DNA of 64,000 bases. Source: Mobula hypostoma (taxonomy: Eukaryota). The stretch is taken from the NCBI RefSeq assembly GCF_963921235.1, contig NC_086108.1:27530001-27594000 (forward strand), written 5' to 3'. A program made the position numbers and the translations under genes. Positions 1 through 13,594 of this stretch are shown here, piece after piece. Under the pieces are notes generated by a model. The model was not told the DNA's origin, ran no database searches, and worked only from the letters and a program-made list of their open reading frames with translations. The stretch's first letter is position 1. Each line of letters starts with the position of its first letter.

Positions 1-54
1 ACATCACAGGCTTCCTGCCTCAGTGTTTCAAATAATTAACTTCTCCAGAAACCT

Positions 55-318
55 TCAGATTTCTAGCATTCACAGCATAGTTGCTGAGATGCTTCTTTAG
101 ATATCTTTATGCAGAGAGTGGTGAGTGCACGGAATGGGTTGCCGGTGGCGGCGGTGGAGGTGGAAACAATGGGGTCTTTTAAGAGACTCCTGGATGACTA
201 CATGGAGCTTAGGAAAATAGAGGGCTATGGGTAAAGCCTAGGTAGTTCTAAGGTAGGGATATATTCGGCACAGCTTTGTGGGCCTGTATTGCACTGTAGG
301 TTTTCAATGTTTCTATAT
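55..318 (+). mobile_element. CR1/HER1-type LINE 3' tail fragment
   Basis: gcagagagtggtgagtgc..tggaatgg..tttaagaga..ctggat..gagggctatggg..ggcctgtatt..tgtttctat resembles the 3' ends of the CR1 copies at 45244 and 62100-62385. Confidence 0.55.
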
Positions 319-559
319 TCACATCCTGTTTCTCTTTCCCTTTCACTTAGTTCATCTCCCTTGCCTTCCATCCCATCATCGACCTTCCCTTTGATGTACT
401 ACCTGTGCGCCACAGCTCACATCACTTTGCTTTGCATCTTTAAGCCTATTTAATCTCTAACTGCTCCCAGATCTGATAGAGTCATGAAGCACAGAAAAGT
501 GGTAATCTAGTGGTAAAAGTGGAAACTATAACTGATGAAAGACCGAGTAGTGGTAAAAT

Positions 560-1580
560 AAAGTTCAAGTTCATTGTCATTGAACCATACACATATATTC
601 TGCCAAATGAATCAATGACACAAGTTAAGAAGTAAACAGTATAATATTATTGGCATTGCATAAGTGATGAGGTGTGGGTAGTGGAAAGGTGTTTGGTCAT
701 CTTACTGCCTGGGGGAAGAAGTTGTTTTCCATTCTAGCAGTTCTTGCCTTAATGCTATGAAACCACCTGCCTGATGGTTGGGGTCAAAGAAGTTGATGGA
801 CAGTTGGGATGAATCATTGATAGTGCTAGGAGCCCTGTGTACACTGCATTCTTGATAAATATTCACTAATGGGTGGAAAAGAGACCCTGATGATCCTCAG
901 CAGTCCTTTGTAGGGACACACACTCAGATGCTTTGTAATTCCCCTGCCAGATGATGATGCAGATGGTCAGGACACTCTCAATGGTGCTCCTATAAAAATT
1001 GGTTAGAATGGAGTGAGAGAGTCACGTCTGCCTTAATCTCCTCAGGAAGTGGAGATGCTGTTGTGCTTTCTTGACCAAAGAGGTGGTGTTGAGGGACCAT
1101 GTGAGATCATCCATTTTGTGCACTTGCAGAAACTTTGTGCTCCTAACACAATCCATGGAGGAGCTGATTATGTACAGTGATGATTGGTCAGCCTACGTCT
1201 TCCTAAAGGCCCAAATCAACTCTTTGGTCTTGTCCGCATTCAGACACATTATTGTGCTCACACCAATCTCTCAGCCACTCTAAATCCACTCTGTATGCCG
1301 TCTTGTCATTATTGTTGATGATGTCAAACACTGTGGTGTCATCAGTGAATTTGATGATTTGGATTGAACTGGATCTAGCAGTGCAGTCATACTCAGCAGT
1401 ATGAACAGCAGTGGGATGAGCACACAACCCTGGGGAGCGCTGGTGCTCAGCATGAAGCTGCTAGAGAGGTTTCTGGCAACACAAACTGACTGTGGTCTTT
1501 CTGTAAAGAAGTCCAAGAGCCACTTATAGAGAGAGTTGTTGAGACACAACGAGAAACAGTTTGCACATCAGCTTCTGAAG
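560..1580 (-). mobile_element. Degenerate Rex1/Babar-like LINE, RT and 3' part
   Basis: Minus-strand ORF pieces WLLDFFTERPQSV..STSAPQGCVL and IIKFTDDTTVFDIINNNDKTAYR (RT motifs, F[A/T]DD); same family type as 57977-59338. Confidence 0.75.
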
Positions 1581-2610
1581 GATGATCAAAAACCCTCAAC
1601 AAGTCAGGCAGTGTCTGAGCGATAAGTAACAGTTCATGATTCCGCTGGAAGACCTTTCTGCAGAGCTGATTGACAAAGAGTTTGCAGTTCTGTGTCTCTT
1701 GATACATCCTCACATACTGAGAATTTCCAGCAATTTCTCTTTATATTTTTAGTAAGTCATAGAACATTCACTTTATTAATGAATAATGCACATTATCCCA
1801 CATATTGTTGTACAGATTTCAATCTGACTATCCTCCTACTCTCTAACTTTTGCAAGGAATTTGCTGGATTTCTTCCAAAATAGAATTTGACTCTCCCGGT
1901 AAGTGTCCTGCTATAGAGTCTCTGTTCAAGTCTTTTTGTCTCACTTTAACACATGACCAAGAGAAATTGAAGGGATTTACAGCAGAGTGTGAGATGTTAT
2001 TTTCAATTCCCCAGCCGACCCATCAAATTACTAGTTTAATCAGTGGGAGAAGTAACTCCAGGTGAGTCCATTCTCCATTTCCCCTCCAAATACATTGATA
2101 AAAAGCTGCCAGTTGCAATAGATAAGGGACTGCAAGTCCAACATCCAAAGTAATTATTCTTTGAATATTTCTATTTATTGAGCTTGCACATTTCTGTATG
2201 TGTCAGATATGTGGTGGAACAGGAGAATACAGAGCTGGGAACCTGGACCAAAAGCAAATTGCTGGAGGAACTCAGCAGGTTGAGGAGTATCAGAACAGTC
2301 AGTGTTTCAGGTGGCGATGCTTCACCTGGACTGAAAGCTGGAAAGGAGATGGCCCGTATAAAGAGCTGAGGGTAAGGGGTGTGAGCGGCAGAAATCTCAG
2401 AAGGGAGCAGTGAGAGAGGATCTATCAAAGAGAGAAAGAATACTTCTTTAAGGTGAGCATTCCTTGAAAAGACTTTGCAGTGAAGTAGTAAAATCGTGAC
2501 ACCAGAAACTGCAGCTGCTGGATTTGGGGTGCCTGTACAAACCAATCAAACTGAATGGCTGCTGGGAGCTAAAGTAGTTCAATGCAGTCAGTGTGAGTGT
2601 CCTCCTACAA

Positions 2611-2691
2611 CAAAGATTACCAACCTGGGATCTACTCACCCCTTGGTTAATGGTAGGGGTCCATGGCATTAAAAAAGGCTGGGAACCCCTG
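2611..2691 (-). mobile_element. hAT-type MITE (degenerate copy of 53211-53291)
   Basis: Ends in gggaacccctg; internal ccttggttaatggtaggggtccatggcat is the reverse complement of the 53211 copy. Confidence 0.6.
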
Positions 2692-2839
2692 TTCTGTACA
2701 AGAATCTTTTTAAAGTCATGGAGTCATACAACAGAGAAACACATTCATGCTATCTACAAATAGCACATCCATGCTAATTCCAATTACCAGCACTTAGTTC
2801 ATTGCAATTCAAATGCTCAGCTATGTACTTCCTAAATTT

Positions 2840-3230
2840 GGGTTGTGTTCTCTGGAGCATCAGAAGCTGAGGTGAGACCTGACAGAAATTTACAAAATTA
2901 TTGGAGGCAGAGAAAGGTTGGACAGTCAGAATCCTGTTTCCCGGTGCTGAAATGACAAATATTCGAGGGCATGTAATAGGGAGAAATTTTAAAGGAGATG
3001 TACAGGGCTAGTTTTACATACAAAGTGCTGGGTATCTGAAACGGGCAGCCAAGGATAATGATGTAATCAGGCATGATGGTGGCATTTAACAGGTTTTTAC
3101 AGTCACATTACTCTGTAAGGACTGGAGTGACATGGATCAGGCAGGAACGTTAATGTAATTCAGCATCGTGTTCAGTGCAGGCATTGTGGGCTTGAAGCCC
3201 TGCTCCCTTGCTGCATGTTCTATGCTCTTA
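2840..3230 (+). mobile_element. CR1/HER1-type LINE 3' fragment
   Basis: ctctggag..gaagctgaggtgagacctgacagaaatttacaaaatt (degenerate SLE.RRLRGDL.E.YKI) followed by a CR1-type tail. Confidence 0.55.
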
Positions 3231-4594
3231 TTTTTAAATGTTATGAGTTTGCCTGCCTCCACCTTCCAGTGGAAGTGCTGCAGAAACTTAATCTGAACCA
3301 GTTTTTCTACTTTTCCACCAGCTTAATCTGAACCAGCTTTTCCACCACATAAGGATGACCAGCCCTTAAAAAAGGACATGCCAAAATTTTAGAAGTACTT
3401 TTGCAGATAAATGCTGGCAATTCGGTGCAGAACTGCAGTAGTATCCAAAATGTCAAAGGAGAGTTTATTGTCATATGCACAAGTATATGTATGCACGGTG
3501 TAATGATAAACTTCCTTGCAGCAGCATCACAGGCACTGCCATCATATAAGCAGCATTCACAAGAAAAATGTAAACACAATTAAATACAACTTTTTTACAA
3601 GAAAGGTCACGATTCAAACAAAAATAATGTAGTCCATTTTAGTGCAAGGTGATCAAACAGGTCATAGTGCTGCTCAACTCTAGTGATCAGTGTTGTGCTG
3701 GTTGAGTCAAGAACCAAATGTTTAAAGGGAAGTAGCTGTTCTTTTTGATCTTTGATGTATTAGGCTGAGTCCAGTACGCTGCAGCTTCTTTCATTCCTGT
3801 ACATTTGAATTGCCATGCCAGTCAAGAACATTCAACAGCACACCTTGAGAGGTTCGTTAGAGGGTTCAGTGACAAACCATTGTGTCCACCACACTCTGAG
3901 TTCCATCATTCACCAGTGCCTGCGTTTGTATAAACTCAACTGTTTTTGGTAGCTTCAGATTCATGTTCAGATATATGAGGTATTTATCAGATGGAAACGT
4001 ACTGTACAGTGAAACAACCAACGCACCTAAAGGTCTACAGGAGACTGTTGCTACACATTTCTGAGCCTACATAACTGCCCACCGCGTCCAACAGAACAAC
4101 ACGGAACACAAGAAAACAGAGCATAAGATTGTCATAGTGCTCCATTGCGTTCATTACACCCATATCATCATCAGCTTACTCATGCTGATTGCTTCATTTC
4201 TTTGTGCTGACTGCTCTAGTCATGCCCAAAACCAGGAGAATTCATTCTGGTTGAATACTTCATCACTTAATACTTGCCTCTCACTCTATTAATTAAGTAA
4301 TGCTCACTCTTTAATTCTCCTCTAATGTATGCCGTGTTTGGTCAAGTGTAATGCATCAATCAGACATTCATGTTGGGCTCATTTAAACCTCCTGTCCCAT
4401 TAATTTATTCACACTAAATTTTCCATTAACTGCTTCACACCATCCACACTGTCGGCACCACTACCACAGTGGGACGGCATGCATTCAGTGTGACATGCTG
4501 CCCGTGCTTTCCACCCGTACTTGTCCTGAAATCACACCTTTGGCAGCCGAACTGTTCCCATTTGATTTCATGACCATCCAGTCAGCAGCCTTGA

Positions 4595-5110
4595 GGTTCA
4601 AGATTGTTTAATGTCATTTCCTGTTCGCAAGTGCAAGGAGAACAAAATAATTGTTACTTCAGATCCGATGTAGCAGCATAAAAAATACAACAGATAAAGA
4701 ACACAATAATAATAAAAGAATACAATAAGTATAAATATATAGGCTAGCTTATTTACATAGATTGATTGGATGTCAGTAAAGTGAGGCTAGACTGTAAAAG
4801 TGACTGATGGGAAATGATCAAATAATGGTGGAGCTGGTGGATGGAAGTGTTGACCAGTCCCCCTGCTTGGGGAAAGTAACTGTCTTTGAACCTGGTTGCC
4901 CTAGCTTCATTGCCTCCTCTCTGATGGGAGTAGGACAAACAGTCCATGAGCAGAGAGTGTAGGTTCCATTATGATGTTATTGTCCCTATTCCAGCAATCT
5001 TCTGTATATATGTCCTTGATGACAGATAGGCTAGTGATGGTGATGCGCTAGGTACTTTTGACTACCCATTGTAGAGTCTTCCTGACCACCGCAGTGCAGT
5101 TTCTGTAGCA
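4595..5110 (-). mobile_element. Rex1/Babar-like LINE 3' fragment
   Basis: Minus-strand ARATRFKDSYFPQA motif typical of the C-terminus of these RT ORFs, plus 3' UTR. Confidence 0.55.
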
Positions 5111-5502
5111 AGCAGATGAGATAACTCATCCTGTGGTTCGGCCCCATACTATTCTGAATGCTCCTGACAGTTTTCCAAAGGCCAGTTTGATTCTTTTCAA
5201 ATATCATTGTCGAAATTGAATAATAATTAAGTAAATATAATTTTTTTATATAGCATTAAAAATACTTGTATCTAGATACACTCTACTCATTCATGAACAA
5301 CGTCAAATAGTAAACCCAGCAAACAAAACTAAATGTCGCTCTTAATTAATGTGGCTGACACCATTCAAAGTCAGGCACAATGTTTTCTTCTGTGCAATAG
5401 AGCACAGCTGTGCAAGTCTGGAAAGCATTCAATTCACGCCAAGAAATTATTCACATCACTTGCCCCTGAAGGTCGCCAATCCATGCATTCATTCTCGATG
5501 GC

Positions 5503-5990
5503 TATTATTTCATTTCATAGCTTGTCACACCAGACAGCCAGCCACTCTAGTGTTGTTTGGTTGATGCTGAGCAGGTCAGTGTCAGCTAAATCAGGTGAGA
5601 GTGGGCAGTTGCGCAGAACATGTTCAATGTTCTGCACCTTTTTGCCACACTCACAGGATTTGGTGGTCTTTAAACCCCACTTCACCATATTGTCTCCCGT
5701 CCTACAAGCTCTCGCTCTCGCTCTGTTGAGAGTGCACCACCTCCGTCTGTCAAGCAGTGCCCCGGCTGGTAACATTTCTGTGGGGTCTTGCACTGTATTG
5801 TTTGGTAGGGTTCTGGCTTCTGTTTGTTGCCAGAGATCAATCCTGCATGTTTGGGGGGATGCTCCATGTGATAGTTTCTCCACTGTGGCAAAGCTTTTCC
5901 TCAATTTCAGGCAGTTGGAAATTGGCATATGATGATGTAGTGGGTGCCGTGGATCCGAGTTCTGTTAACTTTTTTCAATTTTTGTTGTAG
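5503..5990 (-). mobile_element. Vingi/Ingi-group-like non-LTR retrotransposon, 3' end of ORF (5515-5928)
   Basis: WCTLNRARA..RTGDNMVKWG..CECG..QNIEHVLRNCPLSP..W..L*: C-terminal CCHC region with the pattern I recognise from Vingi elements; very short 3' UTR. Confidence 0.6.
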
Positions 5991-6409
5991 TGTGACTTTG
6001 GATCTCTGGGGGAGAATGCAATAGCAATGGAGAGCTTGCAGTAAAGGTTCAGCAGGATGTTACCTGGAATGGAGAATGGCATTAAAAAGTAGAGACTGGT
6101 TCAGCTGGGCGCATTGACTCTTCATTCATTTTCATAGATGCTGCCTGACCTGCTGAGTTACTCCAGCATTTTGTGTGTGTTGTATTGTAATTTTATCTAC
6201 CTGTATGCTTCTTCTGGCTGTCGATTCCTACACCCACCACCCTCTGTGTGAAAACCTATAGAACGCAGGACCAACATTGAAAACGTTTGTGAAATTATGA
6301 GAGGCATAAATAGAATATGCAATCGGATTCTTTTTCCGAGTGCAGGGAATTCTCAAACAAGAGGGCACAGGTGCAGGGAGAGGGGAGAACTTTTGTAAGC
6401 TAATATGTA

Positions 6410-6595
6410 CGTTCCTTCCCTGTGTGCGTGGGTTTCATCCAGGTGCACAATCCAAAAGGCATACTGGTTAGAAGGCTAATTGGTCATTGCAAATTGTTTT
6501 GTGATTAGGTTAGTGTTAAATAGGTGAGTTGCTGGGCAGAGAGACTCGTTGGGTTGGAAGAGCCTTTTCCGTGCTGGGTCTCTAAATAAGTAAAT
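6410..6595 (+). mobile_element. V-SINE/HE1-like SINE fragment
   Basis: gcgtgggtttc..ccaggtgc..ccaaa..ggctaattggtcattgcaaattg core; related pieces at ~21650-21840 (-) and ~47815-48040 (+). Confidence 0.5.
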
Positions 6596-6696
6596 AAGCT
6601 TTGGAGGAGACCCTAGCGCTAAGGTTTTCACACAGAGGGTGGTGGGTGTAGGGATCGGCAGCCAGAAGAAGCATACAAGTAGATACAGTTACAATA

Positions 6697-7935
6697 GAAC
6701 ACACACAAAATACTGGAGTAACTCAGCAGGTCAGGCAGCATCTATGAAAATGAATAAAGAGTCGATGTTTTGAGCTGAGACCCTTCATCAGGATTGAATG
6801 AATGGAAGGGGGAAGATGCCAGAATAAAAAGGTGGGGAGAGGGGAAGGAGGACAAATCAGAAGATGATAGGTGTAGCCAGGTGGGTGGGAAAGATGAAAG
6901 GCTGGGGAGGAAGGAATCTGATAGGAGAGGAGAGTGGACCATGGGAGACAGGAAAGAAGGAGGGGCACTTGGGAGAGGTGATAGATAGGTGAGGAGAAGA
7001 GCTAAGAGGCCAAGGTGGGGAATAGAAAATGAGAGAAATGGGAGGGGAAAGGGAAGGAGAAATTGACATTCATGCTGTCAGATTGGAGGCGATTGAGATG
7101 GGATATGAGGTGCATGTTGCTCCTCCACCCAGAGAGTGGCTTCCTCGTGGCAGATGAGGAGGCCGTGGACCGACATGTCAGAATGGGAATAAGGATAGGA
7201 ATTAAAATGGTTGGCCACTGGGAAATTCTGCTTTTGGTTGATGGAATGGTGGTGCTCAATTTAAGTCAGACCTCACCAATGTAGAGGAGGCTGCATTGGG
7301 AGCACGGCCCCAGCAGATTCACAGCTGAAGTGTTGCCTCACCTGGAAGGACTATTTTGGCCCTGACTGGAGATGAGGGAGGACCTGAATGAGTAGAAGTA
7401 GCACTCTGGCTGCTTTCTGGGATATGTGAAGGGAGGGACGACTGGACATGAGAATCATGGAGGAAGCAATCACTGCTGAAAGTGGAGAGAGGAACAGGGT
7501 GAAATGATAATATGTTTGGTGGTAATTTTCTTGCTTGCAGAGTGAGAATTTTTTTCTCTTCTTTGTCTTTACTCCTATCCCTTCCCCCTTCTTCCATTCC
7601 TTACTCTGGCCTCATATATCTTATCCTCACCTACCTGTCTTCTCTCCCTAGCATCCCTTTTTCTTCCCTTTTTCTCATGGTCTACTCTCCTCTCCTATCA
7701 GATTCCTTCTTCTCCAGCCCTTCACCTTTCCCACTGTCCTGACTTCACCTACCACCTCCAGCCTATCCTTCTTCTCCTCCCCCTTTTCATTTTGATATCT
7801 TCCCCCTAATTTTCTGATGAAGGGTCTCAGTCCAAAATATTGTAAATTCATTTTCATAGATGCTGCCTGACCTGTAGAGTTCCTTCAGTATTTTGTGTGT
7901 GTTGCTTTGGATTTCCAGCATCTGCTGATATTTTA
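6697..7935. mobile_element. Penelope-like element remnant, minus copy joined to an inverted plus-strand terminus
   Basis: 6697-~7525 matches the PLE 3' region on minus; ~7550-7935 is the same terminus on plus (gatgctgcctgacctg..ttttgtgtgtgttgc). Confidence 0.7.
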
Positions 7936-9064
7936 CCTCAGTGCCATTTTCCTGTATTTAACCATATCCTTTGTTTTCTTTAATGAAAAACTCACCAAAG
8001 AGGTTGGTGTTAATATACATCTGAAAGGAAAAAGAGGGTGGGGCAAATGAGGTTTAAGGAAGGGATATCAAAGATTGGGATGGTTCTGTCACTGATGGAG
8101 AGGCAGAAAAGGCCAGATTTGAATGAGTACCAATTTCTGAAGGATTCAAAGGCTGGAGGATGTGAGAGAGATTCAGATTCAGATTTATTTATCACATGTA
8201 CATCGAAACAGACAGTGAAATGCATTGTTTGTATTAACAAACTGCACATCCAAGGATGTGCCGGGGGCAGCCCAAGGTGTTGCCACACATTCTAGCACTA
8301 ATATCGCATGCATGTAACACCTAACACAGCACACAACACACAACACATACAGTAGTAACAACAGCAGCAAGTCACCCTCTCATTTATCCATACCCTCATA
8401 CACAGACAGGTTTCCAACCCCAAGACTGGCCACCTCTTGGCCCCCTGGCCTTGGCCCAGTACTCTCAGACTCACGGGCTCAAACTTTGGGCCTCTACCTC
8501 TACGACCTTCGTTCTTCACCCCTTTGGGCTTACTACCTCTGCATTCACTAAATTTGGTTTTTGACTTTTCCAGCTTTCTATCTTTGCAGTCATTGAGCTC
8601 TGGACTTCAACCTTTGGCTTTGTCCCCCGGACTTTGCCTCCCTCTGGGTATTGACCACCTGACTCACCAATCATGGGTTTGACTTTTGGTCCTTGACTCA
8701 GGACTTGCCCATCATGGGTTTGTCAGGTTGAACATTTGGGCCTCAGCCCCAGCACTCGCCAATCATGGGTTTAAGCTTCGGGCCTTGAGTGACCCAAACT
8801 CCGGGATCACTGACCTTTGAACACAGAGTGTATCAGGCCTCGACTTTTGGACTCACGTGGATCTCTGATCCTAGTGACTGAGGATCGAGTGTGGTGGGGG
8901 TCACCAGCCCTTACAGACCTGTGACTTGGGATTCATGAACCTGGGGATCGCAGGTCTCATCAGTGCCTGTTAGCCTGACATGACCTAACTTCTGGATTGC
9001 TGAGCGTTCCAACTTGGACTCTGAACACAGGTTCCTGCCCCTGACTCTTCAATTCTTCCTCTTC

Positions 9065-9875
9065 CTGTTTGTAGACTTCAGGAGAGGGAAATCAGATGTC
9101 CATGAGCCAGTCCTCAGTGGAGAATCAGAGGCAGGGTAGGTCAGCGACTTTACGTTCCATCATGTTACTATTTCGGAGGACGTGTCCTGGCATGTAAATG
9201 CCATTGTGAAGAAAGCATGGTAGCACCTCTATTTCCTGAGGAGTCTGCAGGTCATGCATGTCATCAAAAACTTTGACAAGCTTCTATAGATGTGCAAAGT
9301 ATATTGACTGGCTGCATCATGGCTGGAACAGAAACACCAATGCCTTTGAATGGAATATCCCACAAAGGGTAGTGGATTCAGCTAAGTACATCACAGGTAA
9401 ATCCTTCCCAACTATTGACCACATCTACATGAAACACTGTCGTTGGAAAACAGCATCCATCATCAGAGATCCTCACCACCCAGGCCATGCTCTTTTCTTG
9501 CTGTTTCCATCAGGTAGAGGGTACAGGTGACTCACACCACCAGTTCCAAGAACAGTTACTACCCCTCAATCATTAGGCTCTTGAACAAAAGTGGATAACT
9601 AGACTTATTTGTCCCATCAGTGAAATGTTCCTATAACCAATTATTTCACTTTAAGGACTCTTTATCTCATTATCTCATGTTCTCGTTATTTATTGCTATT
9701 TATTTATATTTGCATTTCACAATTTGTTGTCTTTGACATTCCGGCTGATCTTTCATTGATTCTGTTATAGTTGCTCTTCCATAGATTTGCTGAGTATGCC
9801 TACAGAAAAGTGAATCTCAGGATTGTATGTGGTGACATGTATGTATTCTGATAATAAAATTTACTTTGAACTTTG
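9065..9875 (+). mobile_element. Rex1/Babar-like LINE 3' fragment nested in a SINE-like repeat (~8170-10005)
   Basis: MSSKTLTSFYRC..IIRDPHHPGHALFLLFPSGR.YR C-terminal motif; tail aataaaatttactttgaactttg. Confidence 0.7.
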
Positions 9876-12265
9876 GATTCTGATCCCTGTCCCTGAACTC
9901 TTATCCAACCTCTAACTCTGCACACTGTCCACAAATCATTCCTACGAACCTAAAAATAACAAATTAAATTAGAGCCACGATGCTGATAGGCCATCTTGAC
10001 CTGAATGCTAACCGGGACAGTTAGAGAGGGAAAAGGCCATGAAGGGATTTGAAACCATTTTACAGAATTTTTATATTGTGTTGTTGCCATACTGAGATCC
10101 AATGTAAAGCACAAAGATAAAGGCAAATGAGCTTTGCGTTCGTTGGCAGAACAAATAAGCTCAACCTCTGACCATGGTTTCTGAAAGTGTCATCTCAAAC
10201 ACACACAATCGTTGCTCTGAAGCACTCTGCCTCATTTAGTTATTTTTTTAATCTACCTTCTATATTGTAGAAGCAGATGGGTTGTCCATTGTTCCCTTTA
10301 TAAAAGCGACGTTAGGGATTGCCAACATGCCTCAGATAAATAAGCCAGTGTAAATAAACAATCAGCTAACAGAATGAAAGTCTGATAAAGAGGGGAAAAT
10401 GCTTGTGCAAATCCTACGAGAAATAAGGAGAATGAGATAACTGGAATGAACGAAGGAACTGCAGCCACCTATCCGACAGATAAACACAGGGCTATTGAAA
10501 GAGCTAGGGGAAATTACAAAGAGCTGTGAAATGGTTAAGACATATGATTTAGTTAAACAGCAGTAGCTGAGTAGTCACACAGAATAAGAGTAAAAGATAC
10601 AAAGAGCGTTTGAGGATAATTCTGAGCAAATATGAATATATTCTGAATGATTGATTTCTTTAAGTTTGTTAGCTTGTAGTAAGAGAGGATAAGCAGTTCT
10701 GCAGAGGTGCACAACCCACTTCAACACCACAGTACAAGCGCATCACTCCCGCAGTATAAACTCATCGCTGACACAGGGTGACAAAATGGCAAAGCTAGTA
10801 GAGTTCCGTTGTCTCACAGAGCCAGGGAGCCCGCAAAGCTTGGACCACTTCTCATATCTCAGGACCCACCTCTTAGAAAAGGCATGCATAGTTAATGAAA
10901 TTTACTATCACCTTTCATGCTCCAGCATAGGCTTTCTTCATTTGAGAGAAGGTATACTTGAAGATCAAGACCTCAAACTTGGCATGAAACTCGTAATCAA
11001 GTAACAGTGATTCCTATATGTAGCAGTCATACACATACCCCACCACTATGCCCATGATCCATTTCCTCATCTGTGAAAGATTTGGTGATCATTATAGCAT
11101 TGGCTTCTTGACAGTGTTTCAAATCAAAGAGTTTTCATCAGATATTTTTGTGAGGTTACTGTTGGCTGTGTTTTTCTCTCCACAGATGCATCATAACCTG
11201 TTCAGTGTTTCAAATTTTACCTGTGTAAACATTACTACACTGGCAACTGATTCTCTCCCTGTGAGGGCTGCATTTTCTTCTCTCTCATCTGTTCTTTGTA
11301 TATCAATACCCATCAATTTGTTAAACCATGTGGAAAATCGGATACCTTGCCTTTGTTGCTAAGTGTGCAGAGCTGGTGAATCAATAACCACTAAGATCTT
11401 TTATTTGAAAATACCATAGAAAGCAAAACATATTTTCTATACTTTGTGGAAAAAAATGATTCTCTGAAGATTGCTTTACTCACTGCCAAAAAAGTAAATG
11501 AACTTGTTCAACTGCCTATGTAGAAATAGACTTTGAGCAAATCCAAGTTCTTGTACCTGCTCGACAGGAGAGATAACAAGCTTTTTACAATGCATTTGCA
11601 AGCCATCTGCTCACATTTTTTTGTACTTTCTGTTTTGTTCTTAGATTGAAAGGAGCTCTTAAAGAAATTACCGTTTACATCAAGAGCATGCAGAACACTT
11701 CAACTTCTGACTTGCTCTGAAAGGGCAGAAAATGTGCTTCAATCTATTCTTTGATATGATGTTACCAAATAAATATGACCTCGGTGATTACTGTACAGAC
11801 CCAGTACTAAAATGTTAATGTGCTCACTCCTCATACTGACAGCTTTGACTTGAATCTTGAATTGAAAGAACGACACACTCCCTCTAATGCTGCACTGAGA
11901 GTATCTAATTCACTGCTCTGACCATCTGACTCATTATTCATAAAAAGGACCTTATTCTTTCCCTATGCTGCTCCGCCAAACACCAGTAGTCTGACTCATT
12001 GTTCATGTGCACCTTGGACAATTTTAGATTTAGAAATGAGTCTGTGTTGCTATTCCTACATAAAAATACTGCTGTAGAGTCACAGTGATAAAGTTCACAA
12101 ACAAACCCTCTGACAGCCTGAGTCTATGCTGAACATTAACCACATCCTTACATTAATCCTGCATTAATTGTCTCCATAGCGTCATTAACAAGTCTTAAGT
12201 TCAACTATTCACCTACACACTACTTGCTATCACAGCGGCCATTTAACCGTGTAACCTGCAGACTG

Positions 12266-12775
12266 TACACACAAAATGCTGGACGAACTCAGCAGGCCAG
12301 GCAACATCTCTGGAAAAGAGTAAACGGCTGATGCTTTGAGCTGAGACCCTTCATCAGGACTGGAAAAAAGAGATGAGAAGTTATCGTAAGAAGATGGGGG
12401 GGAGGAGAGGAAGAGGTACAAGGTAGTAGGAGAAAGGTGAAATCGGGAGGGGGAGGGGTGAAGTAAAGAGCTGGGAAGTCGATTGGTGAAAGAGACAAAG
12501 GTCTGGAAAAGGGGGAATCTGATGGGAGAGGACAGAAGGCCATGGAAAATAGGGAAGAGGAAGGAGCACCAGAGGGAGGTGATGGGCAGTTAAAGGTGAG
12601 AGACAGAAATGGGAATGGGGAATGGTGAAGGAGGCGGTGGGGGGGCGGGGGGGGGGGATGGGAATTACCAGAAATTTAAGAAATCAATGTTCATGCCATC
12701 AGGTTAGAGACTACAAAGATGGAATATAAGGTGGTGCTCCTCCAACACGATGTGTGGCCTCATTGTGGCAACCAG
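12266..12775 (-). mobile_element. Penelope-like element 3' fragment
   Basis: acacacaaaatgctgg..gcaggccaggcaacatc..gagacccttcatcaggact terminus plus the end of the GIY-YIG ORF, homologous to 33243-33750. Confidence 0.7.
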
Positions 12776-13024
12776 AGAAGCACATAATCACAGAGTGTGC
12801 TTGCACCACACAAACAGCACCTAACGGTCTTGTTGAGGACTCTCATTGTAGACTCGTCTCAGTGATTGATTCAGATGGGCAAAATAATACTGTAGAATGC
12901 ACCTATTAGGTCTTGCAGGCAGAGAGATAATATCTTGTAGCTAAAAGGAGACAATTTGGCTCATTATGTGTGGATACTTTGGACATTTTGCTTTTCCCCT
13001 TCAGTCTTTGATAGTGCCCAACAT

Positions 13025-13594
13025 TGACGTCATTAAAGCTGCAGGAATAACAACTTGCTGTCAGAGACTGTGCATCTGGATGCAGTATATGAGTGGTTTT
13101 TATTTGGACAAAACCCCCAAACTGCACTTAGAAATAAAAGAGGTAACAGTTATCGACTAAAAGTGCAGAAAGATAGAGAGGTTTGTTTAAATTATTAGCA
13201 TGGCACAAGACTGGTCAGCTGGAAGGCCTGCAAACATTAATTGCATCCATCGTACCAAGCAGGGGAATACCTACAGGAGATAATAAAGTGCATCATTTAC
13301 AATTCTGGCACAGTGATAAATGCCACAGGGCGCTCATTATTGCAGGTTTCCTCAGGCTTGGTTTGTTCCCTCCGCTCGAAGAGTGGTTACTGCTGAGACT
13401 TGGAACTGTGCGCCGCAGGTATAAAAGCGCTGAGATCCCAAGAGGGAAAAAGCACAGCAAACACTGGATGTGCCAAAGCTTGAAGAATTGGGACCCAGCC
13501 ACTGGCAGGAGGAGAACTATAACCTTCTTGGAAGGACAATCACTAGAGGACATTCTCTATTTCAGTGGCCTGCTCATCAGCACCCATATAAAAG
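13025..13594 (+). promoter_or_regulatory. Candidate Pol II promoter and first exon
   Basis: Perfect CRE TGACGTCA at 13025-13032, TATAAAAG at 13420-13427 after a CpG-containing stretch, possible donor AAG|GTATTT at 13594/13595; non-repetitive-looking context. Confidence 0.25.

Noticed and set aside
5333..5932. 199-aa plus-strand ORF
   Set aside because: Antisense shadow of the Vingi-like ORF on the minus strand
11220..11360. Possible minus-strand exon (QQRQGIRFSTWFNK...)
   Set aside because: Weak acceptor and no recognisable protein similarity
13293..13553. Minus ORF with LCFFPLGISAL resembling CD225/dispanin proteins
   Set aside because: Only a short motif matches; no second hydrophobic segment or convincing splice sites
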